Positions 55,148 to 63,958 of a stretch of 64,000 bases of DNA are shown in pieces; the first letter of the stretch is position 1, and each line of letters opens with the position of its first letter. A model generated the notes under the pieces. It saw only the letters and a list, made by a program, of their open reading frames with translations, had not been told where the DNA came from and made no database searches. The stretch covers positions 248,001 through 312,000 of the IMG/VR virus record IMGVR_UViG_3300032315_001715. One strand, given 5' to 3'. A program made the translations under genes and the position numbers.

Positions 55148-55510
55148 ATGAGCAAGTATTGGGGTTATCACCTAGTTTTAGACTGCGGCGGTTGCGATCA
55201 CCAAAAGATATCCAGCCGCGAAAACATCAAGGCGTTTACTGACGAACTGATCAAACGAATCGATATGGTAGCATACGGTGATACTATTATCGAGCATTTT
55301 GCTACGCACGACCCGGCTAAAGCCGGTTATTCGATGATGCAGCTTATAGAAACCTCTAACATTGCTGCACATTTTGTCGAACTAGACAATACCATGTATC
55401 TTGATGTGTTCAGCTGTAAACCTTACGACAATCAAACCGTCATAGACACGGTTAAGGAGTTCTTCGGAGCCCAATCGGTCCGGGTTACCTACCTAACCAG
55501 GCAGGCTTAA
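55148..55510 (+). CDS. speD: S-adenosylmethionine decarboxylase proenzyme-like
   Basis: WGYHL.LD..GC, GYS.MQLIET|SNI..HF, YLDVFSCK; GGAGG RBS. Confidence 0.85.
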   Translation: MSKYWGYHLVLDCGGCDHQKISSRENIKAFTDELIKRIDMVAYGDTIIEHFATHDPAKAGYSMMQLIETSNIAAHFVELDNTMYLDVFSCKPYDNQTVIDTVKEFFGAQSVRVTYLTRQA

Positions 55511-55516
55511 CGTCTT

Positions 55517-55551
55517 CTGGATCTTCTGCCAAGAATAGGCAGAAGATCCAG
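55517..55551. terminator. 14-bp stem hairpin between convergent genes
   Basis: CTGGATCTTCTGCC-aagaata-GGCAGAAGATCCAG. Confidence 0.75.
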
Positions 55552-55562
55552 CCCTAGTAATA

Positions 55563-55889
55563 TTAAGCCGCTTCGAACGGCGGCGTCATCGCAACGATCG
55601 GCGGATTTTTGATGTATTCGATCTGAGACGCGATATTAGCTTGCAGTGCCGGTACATCCATTGTAGATTCCATCCACTGCTCGGTCATTTCCTCGGTAAT
55701 GTCTGCATACGGAACAAATTCGGTCGGATTCGGATCCGGCATAGAAGTTGTTCCGTAGTTCGACGCCGAAACTCCCGTGTCATCGACACCTGTATATCTC
55801 CAGTGTACCACCGATACAACATCGGTTAAACCGTCGTAGCTCGGCTTGGTATCAAATTGGCTAAAAATCCATGTATATGTTACCGTCAT
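55563..55889 (-). CDS. Conserved phage protein (tail-assembly-like)
   Basis: YTW....DV...VHWRY.G.D, F.PY.D.TE....W pattern. Confidence 0.6.
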   Translation of the reverse strand: MTVTYTWIFSQFDTKPSYDGLTDVVSVVHWRYTGVDDTGVSASNYGTTSMPDPNPTEFVPYADITEEMTEQWMESTMDVPALQANIASQIEYIKNPPIVAMTPPFEAA

Positions 55890-55907
55890 TAAATTAATCC
55901 TTTTGAA

Positions 55908-56372
55908 TTACGATGATGTGTTTGGAGAAAATTCTGGATCTATGCCTTGCACAGCCAATTTGGTAAATTCGAGAACCATTTCGGGAAATCGCCGCGGAGT
56001 TGTATCAACTGGCCAATCGTACGTCACTGACGTGTGGGCAATAAAATCCGGATATTCATGGGTACCGCCTTGCTCGATCATCCACTTATGTAACCTTGTG
56101 GCCTTTGGTGCATACAATTCCAGCGTTAGGGCCGGGCCAAGCTTTTTCCATCCAATGATTTTTGCCGGAACCATCAGTCTAGCGTCGTTTAATCTCGTTA
56201 GATGGATAACCGGTTTTTTACTGAACAGCACCGTGCAATGTAGCTTTCTTTCATCGATGCACGGTACACCGTTTTCAAAGCACCACTGTGATAAGTTTGT
56301 CGCGCTTGCATCACTGAGACATAACTTGGCTATTGTACCGTGCGCGTGATTTTCATATAGTTGCTGTCCCAT
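55908..56372 (-). CDS. acb1: 2H phosphoesterase, Acb1/T4 gp57B-like anti-CBASS nuclease
   Basis: KLHCTVLFS and FIAHTSVTYD (two HxT/S motifs), GGTHEYPDF. Confidence 0.7.
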   Translation of the reverse strand: MGQQLYENHAHGTIAKLCLSDASATNLSQWCFENGVPCIDERKLHCTVLFSKKPVIHLTRLNDARLMVPAKIIGWKKLGPALTLELYAPKATRLHKWMIEQGGTHEYPDFIAHTSVTYDWPVDTTPRRFPEMVLEFTKLAVQGIDPEFSPNTSS

Positions 56373-56409
56373 GATCGTTATATTATGGTTGATTTTCTAA
56401 AAATGGTCA

Positions 56410-56793
56410 TTATTTTTGTTTTTGTGCCGCTTCGATTATGTCGACAAACTTTCGAACCGGACTAGCAACATCTCTCCACGGAGCTTCTTGGCTCGGTGTT
56501 GCTGTTAATGCCTTTTTGTCAACACCCATGATCTTATTAGCAAGCACCAGTGTTTCATAATCCTCTGGCACGTAGCATACCACGGTTTGATTTTCTCCCC
56601 AAGCACTTTCATCGGTCATTGGAGTATCAGTATCCTTTTCTGAATTTGCCCTAGCAGCAGCCAATGCTACGAGATGCCTATATTGGCGATATGCATCATT
56701 ATTTGGAAGATCTGTCATGATATAAGTCGGGGGCAAGGTAAATTTTAGACCGTTTCGTATCTCGTAACCTTCTAATATGTCCTTGATTTTCAT
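56410..56793 (-). CDS. Hypothetical late protein, paralogue B
   Basis: MKIKDILE..YRQYRHLVALA..ASPVRKF. Confidence 0.7.
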   Translation of the reverse strand: MKIKDILEGYEIRNGLKFTLPPTYIMTDLPNNDAYRQYRHLVALAAARANSEKDTDTPMTDESAWGENQTVVCYVPEDYETLVLANKIMGVDKKALTATPSQEAPWRDVASPVRKFVDIIEAAQKQK

Positions 56794-57146
56794 CGGTTGT
56801 CTCCATCTGGATCAATAAATTTTCTCACTGGGCTCACAACATTTCGATTTTTAGATTCTTTGCTCGGTTGATTGACCAAATGCTTGACATTTTTTCCCAT
56901 TTTTTTCAAAACGTTTATCGAGTGCTCGCGCTCAACGTCGGTATATGGTACCATCAATGGACCGTTATGTATCGGACCATCGGTAGGTATGTTGCTGGAT
57001 GGAAAACCAGCAACCGCCACGAGGAATCGATAGTATTCGTAATACTGATCCATGCCAGGAGATGTGATGGCGTTTGGCATCGCATCCGTTGCGGTTTTTG
57101 GAAAGTCGACCCTATGTGTGGATTCAACAAGATCTTTGATCAGCAT
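56790..57146 (-). CDS. Hypothetical late protein, paralogue A
   Basis: MLIKDLVE..YEYYRFLVAVA..VSPVRKF. Confidence 0.7.
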   Translation of the reverse strand: MLIKDLVESTHRVDFPKTATDAMPNAITSPGMDQYYEYYRFLVAVAGFPSSNIPTDGPIHNGPLMVPYTDVEREHSINVLKKMGKNVKHLVNQPSKESKNRNVVSPVRKFIDPDGDNR

Positions 57147-57172
57147 TGTCTTACGGTTTCTCCATCGTGGTG

Positions 57173-57199
57173 TATTTATGGCCTGCACGGATATAAATA
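57173..57199. promoter_or_regulatory. Back-to-back divergent late promoters
   Basis: TATTTA (- strand TAAATA) at 57173-57178 and the full T4 consensus TATAAATA at 57192-57199. Confidence 0.7.
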
Positions 57200-57204
57200 T
57201 CAAC

Positions 57205-57741
57205 ATGAAGTACGACGACATCAACACCGATCACATCATATCCGAAGGCCGTTCAGCATACAGTACTAAGTCTGAGCTTATACATTGTCCCTACCGTCCT
57301 GACAGCCTAGCCGAAACGCTATGGATCACCGGATGGCAAGAGGGATTCTACGATGATAACTGGAGCGAAATACTTGAGGAAAGCTATGAGGACGATGAGC
57401 ATTTCTTCCTTAGGTACGGATGGATTGAGGATTCTGATGTGATTGAAGAAGCCGTTTACCAAGGTAAAACGGTGCCTTTGAGAAAAGTCATGAAGGGCAG
57501 TGTCAAGCGTCACAAGGTCTATGTTAACAGTGGCCGCAAAGATGCCCAAGGTCGAACGGTGGCTAAAAAGGTTGAATTTGGCAGTGAAAAGGGCAGCAAG
57601 CTGCGCGTCCGCAAGGGAGATGCTAAACGCCGCAAGAGTTTTGCCGCGCGTCATCATTGCGCAACCGCAAAAGATCCAAAGACCGCAAGGTACTGGAGCT
57701 GCCGAGCACCAAGTTCAAAGGTCAAGGGTGGTTATTGGTGA
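57205..57741 (+). CDS. Conserved T4-like late protein with N-terminal RMF-like motif
   Basis: G..AY....CPY......W..GW.EG; then EAVYQGKTV.L, KKVEFG, RRKSF.ARH.C..ARYWSC. Confidence 0.65.
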   Translation: MKYDDINTDHIISEGRSAYSTKSELIHCPYRPDSLAETLWITGWQEGFYDDNWSEILEESYEDDEHFFLRYGWIEDSDVIEEAVYQGKTVPLRKVMKGSVKRHKVYVNSGRKDAQGRTVAKKVEFGSEKGSKLRVRKGDAKRRKSFAARHHCATAKDPKTARYWSCRAPSSKVKGGYW

Positions 57742-57744
57742 TCC

Positions 57745-58434
57745 ATGCCGGTGTTTGAGCAGCTTCGAAAGAAATATAGTTTCAAACCAATTAAATTACG
57801 TGGATCAACAATTAGATCGAGACCTATTAACCGTACCAGCATCCTGGAAAGATTTTTAAAGTATTGGCAAGATGCTGATCGGCACGAATGGCCGAATCAA
57901 CCCTGGTACACCGGCACAGGATTGCATTATAGCCAAAGCTGTGGTATCATACCGTATTCAAAACAGCTTTGTGGTAATAGTGATAATCGGGCCGATTATC
58001 AGGATACACTGTCCTATGATCAAGAAGTTGTACCCGGGCTGTTAGATGGATTTGGATCATTTCCGATGGTACGATGCAAGATCACGCAGCTATCCGGAAA
58101 AAGCCTGGGAGCACGGATACGAGGTCATCTCGATTGGCATCGAGATGAATCACCGTTTGAGGTTCTCAGGGTGGTAATACCCCTGTCAAGTGACCTTACC
58201 TATCAATTCCAAATGGACAATTCTGCCCCCATGTCATTGATACCGGGGCACGCATATGCGTTTGATCAAAGCCGATTTCATCGGGTATATTCAAACGATG
58301 CAAGTGATCTCGATCGAACGCATTTGATTCTAAGCTTTGTTACCTGGTTTGATCAAGTGGACGGCGAATGGAAACCAAATCCATTCTTTGAAAAAATCCA
58401 TCCACTTGAGCTATTTGATCTCGTTGACCTATAA
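57745..58434 (+). CDS. 2OG-Fe(II) oxygenase, Asp/Asn beta-hydroxylase-like
   Basis: WHRD (HxD), RVVIPL, AYAFDQ.RFHRV.N..DRTHL. Confidence 0.7.
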   Translation: MPVFEQLRKKYSFKPIKLRGSTIRSRPINRTSILERFLKYWQDADRHEWPNQPWYTGTGLHYSQSCGIIPYSKQLCGNSDNRADYQDTLSYDQEVVPGLLDGFGSFPMVRCKITQLSGKSLGARIRGHLDWHRDESPFEVLRVVIPLSSDLTYQFQMDNSAPMSLIPGHAYAFDQSRFHRVYSNDASDLDRTHLILSFVTWFDQVDGEWKPNPFFEKIHPLELFDLVDL

Positions 58435-59367
58435 TGATTGGCTATTGATCACGGCGCGATTAATGATCTGTTCAATTATTTTAGGTTCCATCCCTTGTGC
58501 CCTCAATCTCTTGGAAATTGCAACCCAGGCTTTTTCTCCAAGACCGATTTTCATGGTTTGATAGAGCTCCATCACATGTGACTCCTTGATCACCGACATT
58601 AACCCTTCTTCCAAGTTTCGAACCCAGGCATCTGGACTGCTGTTGTTCTTCTCAGAGAAATGATTGTGTAGATCGCTCGGAGCACAACCGTCTTCTCGGC
58701 AGATCTGCTGCATTATCTCATCAATGGCCTTGTAATCCAAGGTTGATCCGTTTTTAACCATTGTATGTAACCTATTTTCGAGCTTGGTTACGCTGTTGTC
58801 AAGCAGCGTTGATCCTTCTCCGATCTCGGTCTTTGGACCAAGCATGGTTTTCATCTCGGTTACGGCTTCGTTGAATACCTGCACGCTGTTGATCAGCTGC
58901 TTGTTAAAATGCAAAAGTTTGTCGATCGAGTCCTGCACATCGTCGGCTTGCATGCCCTTATTTTCCCTTGACATGCGTTCAATCATGTCGACATCCTTGA
59001 CAAGGCTCTCAACGCGACCAGCTTCGTTTATGATCTTGGTTGGCAGGTATCCAATGCGTTCAGCACCGGCACCGGTTCTCACCATCTGTTGGCTGAACGG
59101 CTTTGATTCGTCATAATTATACACCCGGGGTGCGGTATTATCTGCTTCTAATACATTGGTGCCCAAGGTTACGACCGAAGAAAACAACGCTTTGAGTTCA
59201 TTGAGCTTTTCTTGTAGATCTGCGCAGTTTGGCAGTATCTTGCATAGCTCTTCTAGCCCTGATAAATGCTGCTGTATCGCAGGGCCCAATCTAGATGTCA
59301 CGTCGATGTCAATCCTGGACCGATCAATCAGTGGATTTGATCGGGTAGAAATCGTGCTGAGCTTCAT
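58429..59367 (-). CDS. Hypothetical late protein
   Basis: TAAATA upstream (59398-59403); GGAG RBS before MKLSTIS. Confidence 0.65.
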   Translation of the reverse strand: MKLSTISTRSNPLIDRSRIDIDVTSRLGPAIQQHLSGLEELCKILPNCADLQEKLNELKALFSSVVTLGTNVLEADNTAPRVYNYDESKPFSQQMVRTGAGAERIGYLPTKIINEAGRVESLVKDVDMIERMSRENKGMQADDVQDSIDKLLHFNKQLINSVQVFNEAVTEMKTMLGPKTEIGEGSTLLDNSVTKLENRLHTMVKNGSTLDYKAIDEIMQQICREDGCAPSDLHNHFSEKNNSSPDAWVRNLEEGLMSVIKESHVMELYQTMKIGLGEKAWVAISKRLRAQGMEPKIIEQIINRAVINSQSL

Positions 59368-59400
59368 TGAGCTACACTCCAATTAATATGTTTGCGATAT

Positions 59401-59601
59401 TTATCGCCATACCATCCTGAAGAGGATTGCATCAAATTGTGACTTGAACCAAAATGCTAGATCTTCTTGCCACCAGCCCTCTGACCACTCATCGGAGCAG
59501 TTTCTCTCACACCATTCTGCCATTTGTCGATGTTCGATCCATTGGTTGTTGACCAATGGATCGTAGACTCTGCTGACCCATACCGGATTCCAGTTGCTCA
59601 T
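59401..59601 (-). CDS. Small hypothetical protein (F.F....DA.LF.L.W family)
   Basis: EWCERNC..W..FWFKSQFDAILFRMVW. Confidence 0.55.
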   Translation of the reverse strand: MSNWNPVWVSRVYDPLVNNQWIEHRQMAEWCERNCSDEWSEGWWQEDLAFWFKSQFDAILFRMVWR

Positions 59602-59633
59602 GGTCAGCTTTGATATATCGGTGGTACGATATC

Positions 59634-60662
59634 TCAAATCTGTTCGAGCAGGGTTTTTGCTGCCATGTTCTTCCACTTAGCCTCCAGCATGATGTCCGCA
59701 TCGGGCCAGAATCCCAATGCCCATGTATTTACGGCGGTGTTCCAAGCATCATCACTATGGGCACGCAATCTAGACTTGTTGGATATCTTGTTTTCCAGCA
59801 GAGTGTTAACATCTGGCAGGGTATTGACACAGTGATTTACCAAAACATCTTCTCGGCTGAGGCTGTAATGGATCGTAGGGCGAACACCGCGCCAGCTGGC
59901 AACTACACGCTTCCATCGATCATCCTTGGGATCCATGTATTCTCCGCCGGTATGGATCAGGTGATGATGGATGTCAAGCACCAGCGCAACATCCTTTTCT
60001 AGCTCGAGGCAGTCATCGATGCCCCACTTCATTTCCTCGTTTTCGATGGTGATGAGATTGCGAGCCTCGGGAGACATGGCATGCAATGCACCACGGATAC
60101 CAAATGGTCCTTCGCGCCCGCTGATGTGGACGTTGATCTTGAATCCGTGGTCATGCCAGGAGGATCCATATCCCATCATGCGTGCCATGTCTACATGGTA
60201 TTCAAATTCCTCGATGCTGCGCATGACGATCTGCAGATCACTTGATGCTAGCACGCAGAACTGTCCAGGATGGAAACTCAACCGGATGTCATTGGCACGT
60301 GCGAATTCACCAATCTCGGCAAATTGTTTTTCATAAAATGATCGAACATCAGATTTCTTCCAAAAATATCCCCATGTGGATTCGGTGTACATCGGCAAGA
60401 GGTCTGAGGACAATCGCATCATGTGCAACCTTTTGTCCAAGGTTGCAACGCGGGCAAGAACGTTCTTCACGCTTTGCAGATTGTGCTGCATCACCTCCCA
60501 CAGGCGATCCTCGGCTACTGATACCGGTTGTCGATTGAGCCATGCTACTGTGGTACTGGAGGTGTTGAGTTCCCGTTCCGCCGCACGGATCTTCTTGTCC
60601 TTGCTTTCAGTGGTGGAATTCAGCCATTTGCAACAAAATCCAATTCTTTGATTAATCATCAT
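59634..60662 (-). CDS. uvsE: UV damage endonuclease (UvsE/UvdE)
   Basis: RIGFCC, MRLSSDLLP, RLSFHPGQFCVLAS, INVH, TIENEE, VLDIHH, AHSD, DIMLEAK.K. Confidence 0.93.
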   Translation of the reverse strand: MMINQRIGFCCKWLNSTTESKDKKIRAAERELNTSSTTVAWLNRQPVSVAEDRLWEVMQHNLQSVKNVLARVATLDKRLHMMRLSSDLLPMYTESTWGYFWKKSDVRSFYEKQFAEIGEFARANDIRLSFHPGQFCVLASSDLQIVMRSIEEFEYHVDMARMMGYGSSWHDHGFKINVHISGREGPFGIRGALHAMSPEARNLITIENEEMKWGIDDCLELEKDVALVLDIHHHLIHTGGEYMDPKDDRWKRVVASWRGVRPTIHYSLSREDVLVNHCVNTLPDVNTLLENKISNKSRLRAHSDDAWNTAVNTWALGFWPDADIMLEAKWKNMAAKTLLEQI

Positions 60663-60725
60663 ACACCTTTTGCAAGCAAATACATAAATACTTATAGCAC
60701 ACGCATTTTAAAGGTCAACTAGTCA

Positions 60726-61520
60726 ATGGCAAACACAACATTACAACTCAAACGAAAATATCATATAGTCTATAAAACCGTCAATTTGATTAACAACAAG
60801 TTTTACGTTGGTGCTCATTCGACGGATAATATCAATGACGATTATTATGGATCCGGATCAAACCTTATTTTAGCCATTAAAAAGTACGGGATAGATGCAT
60901 TTTGCAAAGAAATACTACACGTTTACGATAATCCATTGGAAATGTTTGAAAAAGAAAAAGAAATTGTAAATTTAGAGTTCATATCCAGATCAGACGTTTA
61001 CAATATTGTGGAAGGCGGCTATGGCGGATTTAACAAAGGCTCTAAAGGGTTAAAGCACATGCACAACCCGTCAACTAATGAACGAATTGCTGTCCATCCG
61101 GTCGTTATCAGTAGGATGATCGAAGAAGGTTGGATTGTAGGTCGAAATATGTCATCAACTACTAATACTGTATGGATACATTTGAATGAAGATAAGAAGA
61201 TGGTCAGCCCAACTGTTGCAGAAAAGTATATCTCCAATGGATGGACAATAGGACTTCCAAAATCTCCAACGCTTGGAAAAAATTGGATATATTTCCCATT
61301 AACTAACGAATATTCTCTCTGTGAGCCTAGTGAATTACCTATAAAATTAAAACAGGGATGGATTAAGAAAAAATGGTCTCCGATTGAAAAAGGTAAATCA
61401 TGCTGGATAAACAACGGATATCAAAACAAGAGAATATTAATAGATCAATTAAATTCTTGGATGTTAAACGGATGGAGTCGAGGATCTATTCAAAATCATA
61501 AAAATAGAAGTTCGTCTTAA
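60726..61520 (+). mobile_element. Free-standing GIY-YIG (Seg-like) homing endonuclease, antisense to neighbours
   Basis: IVYKTVNLINNKFYVGAHS..YYGSG..AIKKYG..F.KEIL; repeated W..GW modules; TAAATA at 60685-60690. Confidence 0.88.
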
Positions 61521-61852
61521 CCGTTGTTTGCTTTCTGATTTCTAATGAGAGTTTCAACAAGATTTGTAACCAATGCTTGGTCGCTGTCAAACTGGAACCA
61601 AAGGTGCCATGTCAACCTAGCAGGATCGTAGCTTTTCTCGATAGCAACATCGCCGCGGCATTCCTGCTCAATACAGCGCCTAATGAGGATTTTTGCCAAT
61701 CCCTGTATTGGAAAATCATATACGACGACATCGTATGGGAACAAATCGTTGGGCCATGGCTTATGTCGCTGGTCGTATCGTTGTAGATACCCTGGCAAGA
61801 TCCAGTCGTCGTCCAAATATGATAGTTGATCAAGCCTAATGAATCTTCCCAT
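61517..61852 (-). CDS. Small hypothetical protein
   Basis: ORF after TTGACA-N17-TAGGAT; WFQFDSDQAL. Confidence 0.6.
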   Translation of the reverse strand: MGRFIRLDQLSYLDDDWILPGYLQRYDQRHKPWPNDLFPYDVVVYDFPIQGLAKILIRRCIEQECRGDVAIEKSYDPARLTWHLWFQFDSDQALVTNLVETLIRNQKANNG

Positions 61853-61871
61853 GTCATATCCTAGCAGGTTT

Positions 61872-62177
61872 TTACAACCATGTCAATGTGAAAAGTGCGC
61901 GATCACCAGAGTTTGAGAACCAAAAAAGATACTGTCCAGAATTAAGCTCGTCGGGAAAATCACCCCAATCGCCGTCAAAATAATCAAGCCAGCCTTCCAT
62001 GGCCTCAAACAGGATGGATCCAGGACGATCATCACCAAACCTCTCCCTGCACCATGCTCGCATGTCTCCGATCTGCGTCATGCGTTCCTTGGGGATCGAC
62101 ACGCAATGTCCCAACACATATCGAATGAGATCTGGCCGGGAATACCCGGTGAAATCGTCCCGTTCGGTTTGCATCAC
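61872..62177 (-). CDS. Small hypothetical protein (F.F....D.ALF.L.W family)
   Basis: AWCRERFG..W..FWFSNSGDRALFTLTW. Confidence 0.6.
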   Translation of the reverse strand: MMQTERDDFTGYSRPDLIRYVLGHCVSIPKERMTQIGDMRAWCRERFGDDRPGSILFEAMEGWLDYFDGDWGDFPDELNSGQYLFWFSNSGDRALFTLTWL

Positions 62178-63322
62178 AGGAACCAGTGCGGTACCACGCG
62201 GCTGCGATCACGAACGATCTCCCGATCATGATCACGAACGATCATGCCGGCGGATTTGTTACCTACCACCCAGCTACCAATCACCGCATGATTACCGTCC
62301 TGCTTGAACAGGTTGGCACGCTGCTGATAGATCCTGCGGCCCTGGTAAATGCCATCGGTCTTGTCCACTACTTGCCCAGAGCTAACAATGTCAATGTTTG
62401 CGCCCTCGCGGCTCAGCAGAGGCTTGGCAACGTAATCCGTGGTCATCTCCTCGGCGGTCCACTTGGCCGGCAGGATGTTGGGGTGGTCCGGGAACATCTC
62501 ATGTAGGATTGGCAGGATGCCCTTGTTGCTAAGGATCATCTTCCAAACGGGCTCAACGATACCGCTGACGTCGTTGCGTGTATAGCTGCCGAAGTCATCG
62601 TCCGTCATCCACTCCCAGGGATAGAGCTTGAACCAATACTTGATCTGACGATCCTCTAGGTCCACGAACTTGCCATCCAGCCAGCCGATCTTGGCAAGAT
62701 CGATGAAATCCGTGTCCATGCCGGCCTGCGTGGCCAGGTCTTGTAGATACCGACAGGTTTGGCGCTCCTCCTCGTTTTCCTCGTAGCCAGCAAAGTAAAA
62801 GCGCTCACCCGGGGTCATGATGGTGCGAAGCTCACCAAATCGTTCCTGTAGCTTTTCGTGCAGGCTGTTGAACTGATCGCAGCCCTTGTGGGTGTCCTGC
62901 AACCAGAACCACTGCATCAGCGCGCTTTCAATCACCATAGTGGGCGTATCGGCGTTGTATTCCAGCATCTTGGGCAGCGACTTGCCATCGTAGGCAAAGT
63001 CAAAACGCCCATACAGGCTCGGATCCTGACGAGCCCAGCTCCACTGGATGTAATCGTGATAGAGCACGGGAATGCCCATCTTTTTCATGAGGTCGGTGTC
63101 CTTGAACACACGATCCACGGCTTCGATGCAGCGATCATGGCACTCTTCCGTGGCAGCTTCAAGCTCGTCCACTTCAGCAGCGGTGAACTCATAGGCCACG
63201 CTTTCGTCCCAATAGGTGCCATCGCCACCGTCGGCTGGCAATCCAGCCGTGTGGTAGGTAAACCCGATTTCTTCAGCCCGCTCGGTCCAATTAGCCCGAG
63301 GCTTAACCACATGTCGCTTCAT
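62174..63322 (-). CDS. Glutathionylspermidine synthase-like ATP-grasp ligase (YgiC family)
   Basis: YWDES..Y.F, LYGRFDF, KMLEYNADTPT, FNSLHE, FKLYPWE, EP.WKMILSNK.IL, KP.LSREGANI. Confidence 0.9.
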   Translation of the reverse strand: MKRHVVKPRANWTERAEEIGFTYHTAGLPADGGDGTYWDESVAYEFTAAEVDELEAATEECHDRCIEAVDRVFKDTDLMKKMGIPVLYHDYIQWSWARQDPSLYGRFDFAYDGKSLPKMLEYNADTPTMVIESALMQWFWLQDTHKGCDQFNSLHEKLQERFGELRTIMTPGERFYFAGYEENEEERQTCRYLQDLATQAGMDTDFIDLAKIGWLDGKFVDLEDRQIKYWFKLYPWEWMTDDDFGSYTRNDVSGIVEPVWKMILSNKGILPILHEMFPDHPNILPAKWTAEEMTTDYVAKPLLSREGANIDIVSSGQVVDKTDGIYQGRRIYQQRANLFKQDGNHAVIGSWVVGNKSAGMIVRDHDREIVRDRSRVVPHWFL

Positions 63323-63323
63323 G

Positions 63324-63941
63324 TTATGCTCCTGCTGCTCCCGAGCCTGCTCTGCCAAATCCACCACGTGCGGCTGCGCTCGGCGCTGCTACCGCTGCTC
63401 TACCTGCTGCAGGTGCGGGTGAACTGATGCCTGATCGCGCTGCACCTGAGCTCATACCGCTACCAAGGCTGCCAGAGGAGTAAGGAACGCCACCGCCGTG
63501 GAAGCTGCCGACAAACACCGCTGATCCGCCCGACCGTGTACCACCTGCTACCACCTGGCGACCGTCGCGTTCACGATCCGTGGCAGGATTTTGATATCCC
63601 TGCAGGTACACAGGCCTCGTGGTGTCTAATGCGCGGCCAACCATGAAACCGACCATGGCGGGAAGCCAAACGTCAGTTGAACCGGTGCTGACATTGTTGC
63701 AGCGCTCATGTCCGCGGTCCATGCAGGATTCCTGGCTGGAATATCGTGGACCAGTTGCGATGTGATTTCCAAGGGCTTGGGCATATCGTGTATCGCAATC
63801 AGTGCCGCCTGACGATCGACACTGTTCGATGGATTCATAAATGGCCTGTCCTTCTCGAGGGGTGTCGTCATTGCATGCCGCAAGGGCAACCGCACTGACA
63901 GTCCCAAGAAGTACCAAGGCAATCTGTCTTGAATGTTTCAT
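63324..63941 (-). CDS. DUF1190/YgiB-like lipoprotein with Gly/Ala-rich tail
   Basis: Lipobox LAAC, YESIEQC, PRY.SQESC..C, WLPAMVGFMVG, terminal RGGFG. Confidence 0.8.
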   Translation of the reverse strand: MKHSRQIALVLLGTVSAVALAACNDDTPREGQAIYESIEQCRSSGGTDCDTRYAQALGNHIATGPRYSSQESCMDRGHERCNNVSTGSTDVWLPAMVGFMVGRALDTTRPVYLQGYQNPATDRERDGRQVVAGGTRSGGSAVFVGSFHGGGVPYSSGSLGSGMSSGAARSGISSPAPAAGRAAVAAPSAAARGGFGRAGSGAAGA

Positions 63942-63958
63942 GTTGTCTCCGTAGTGCT

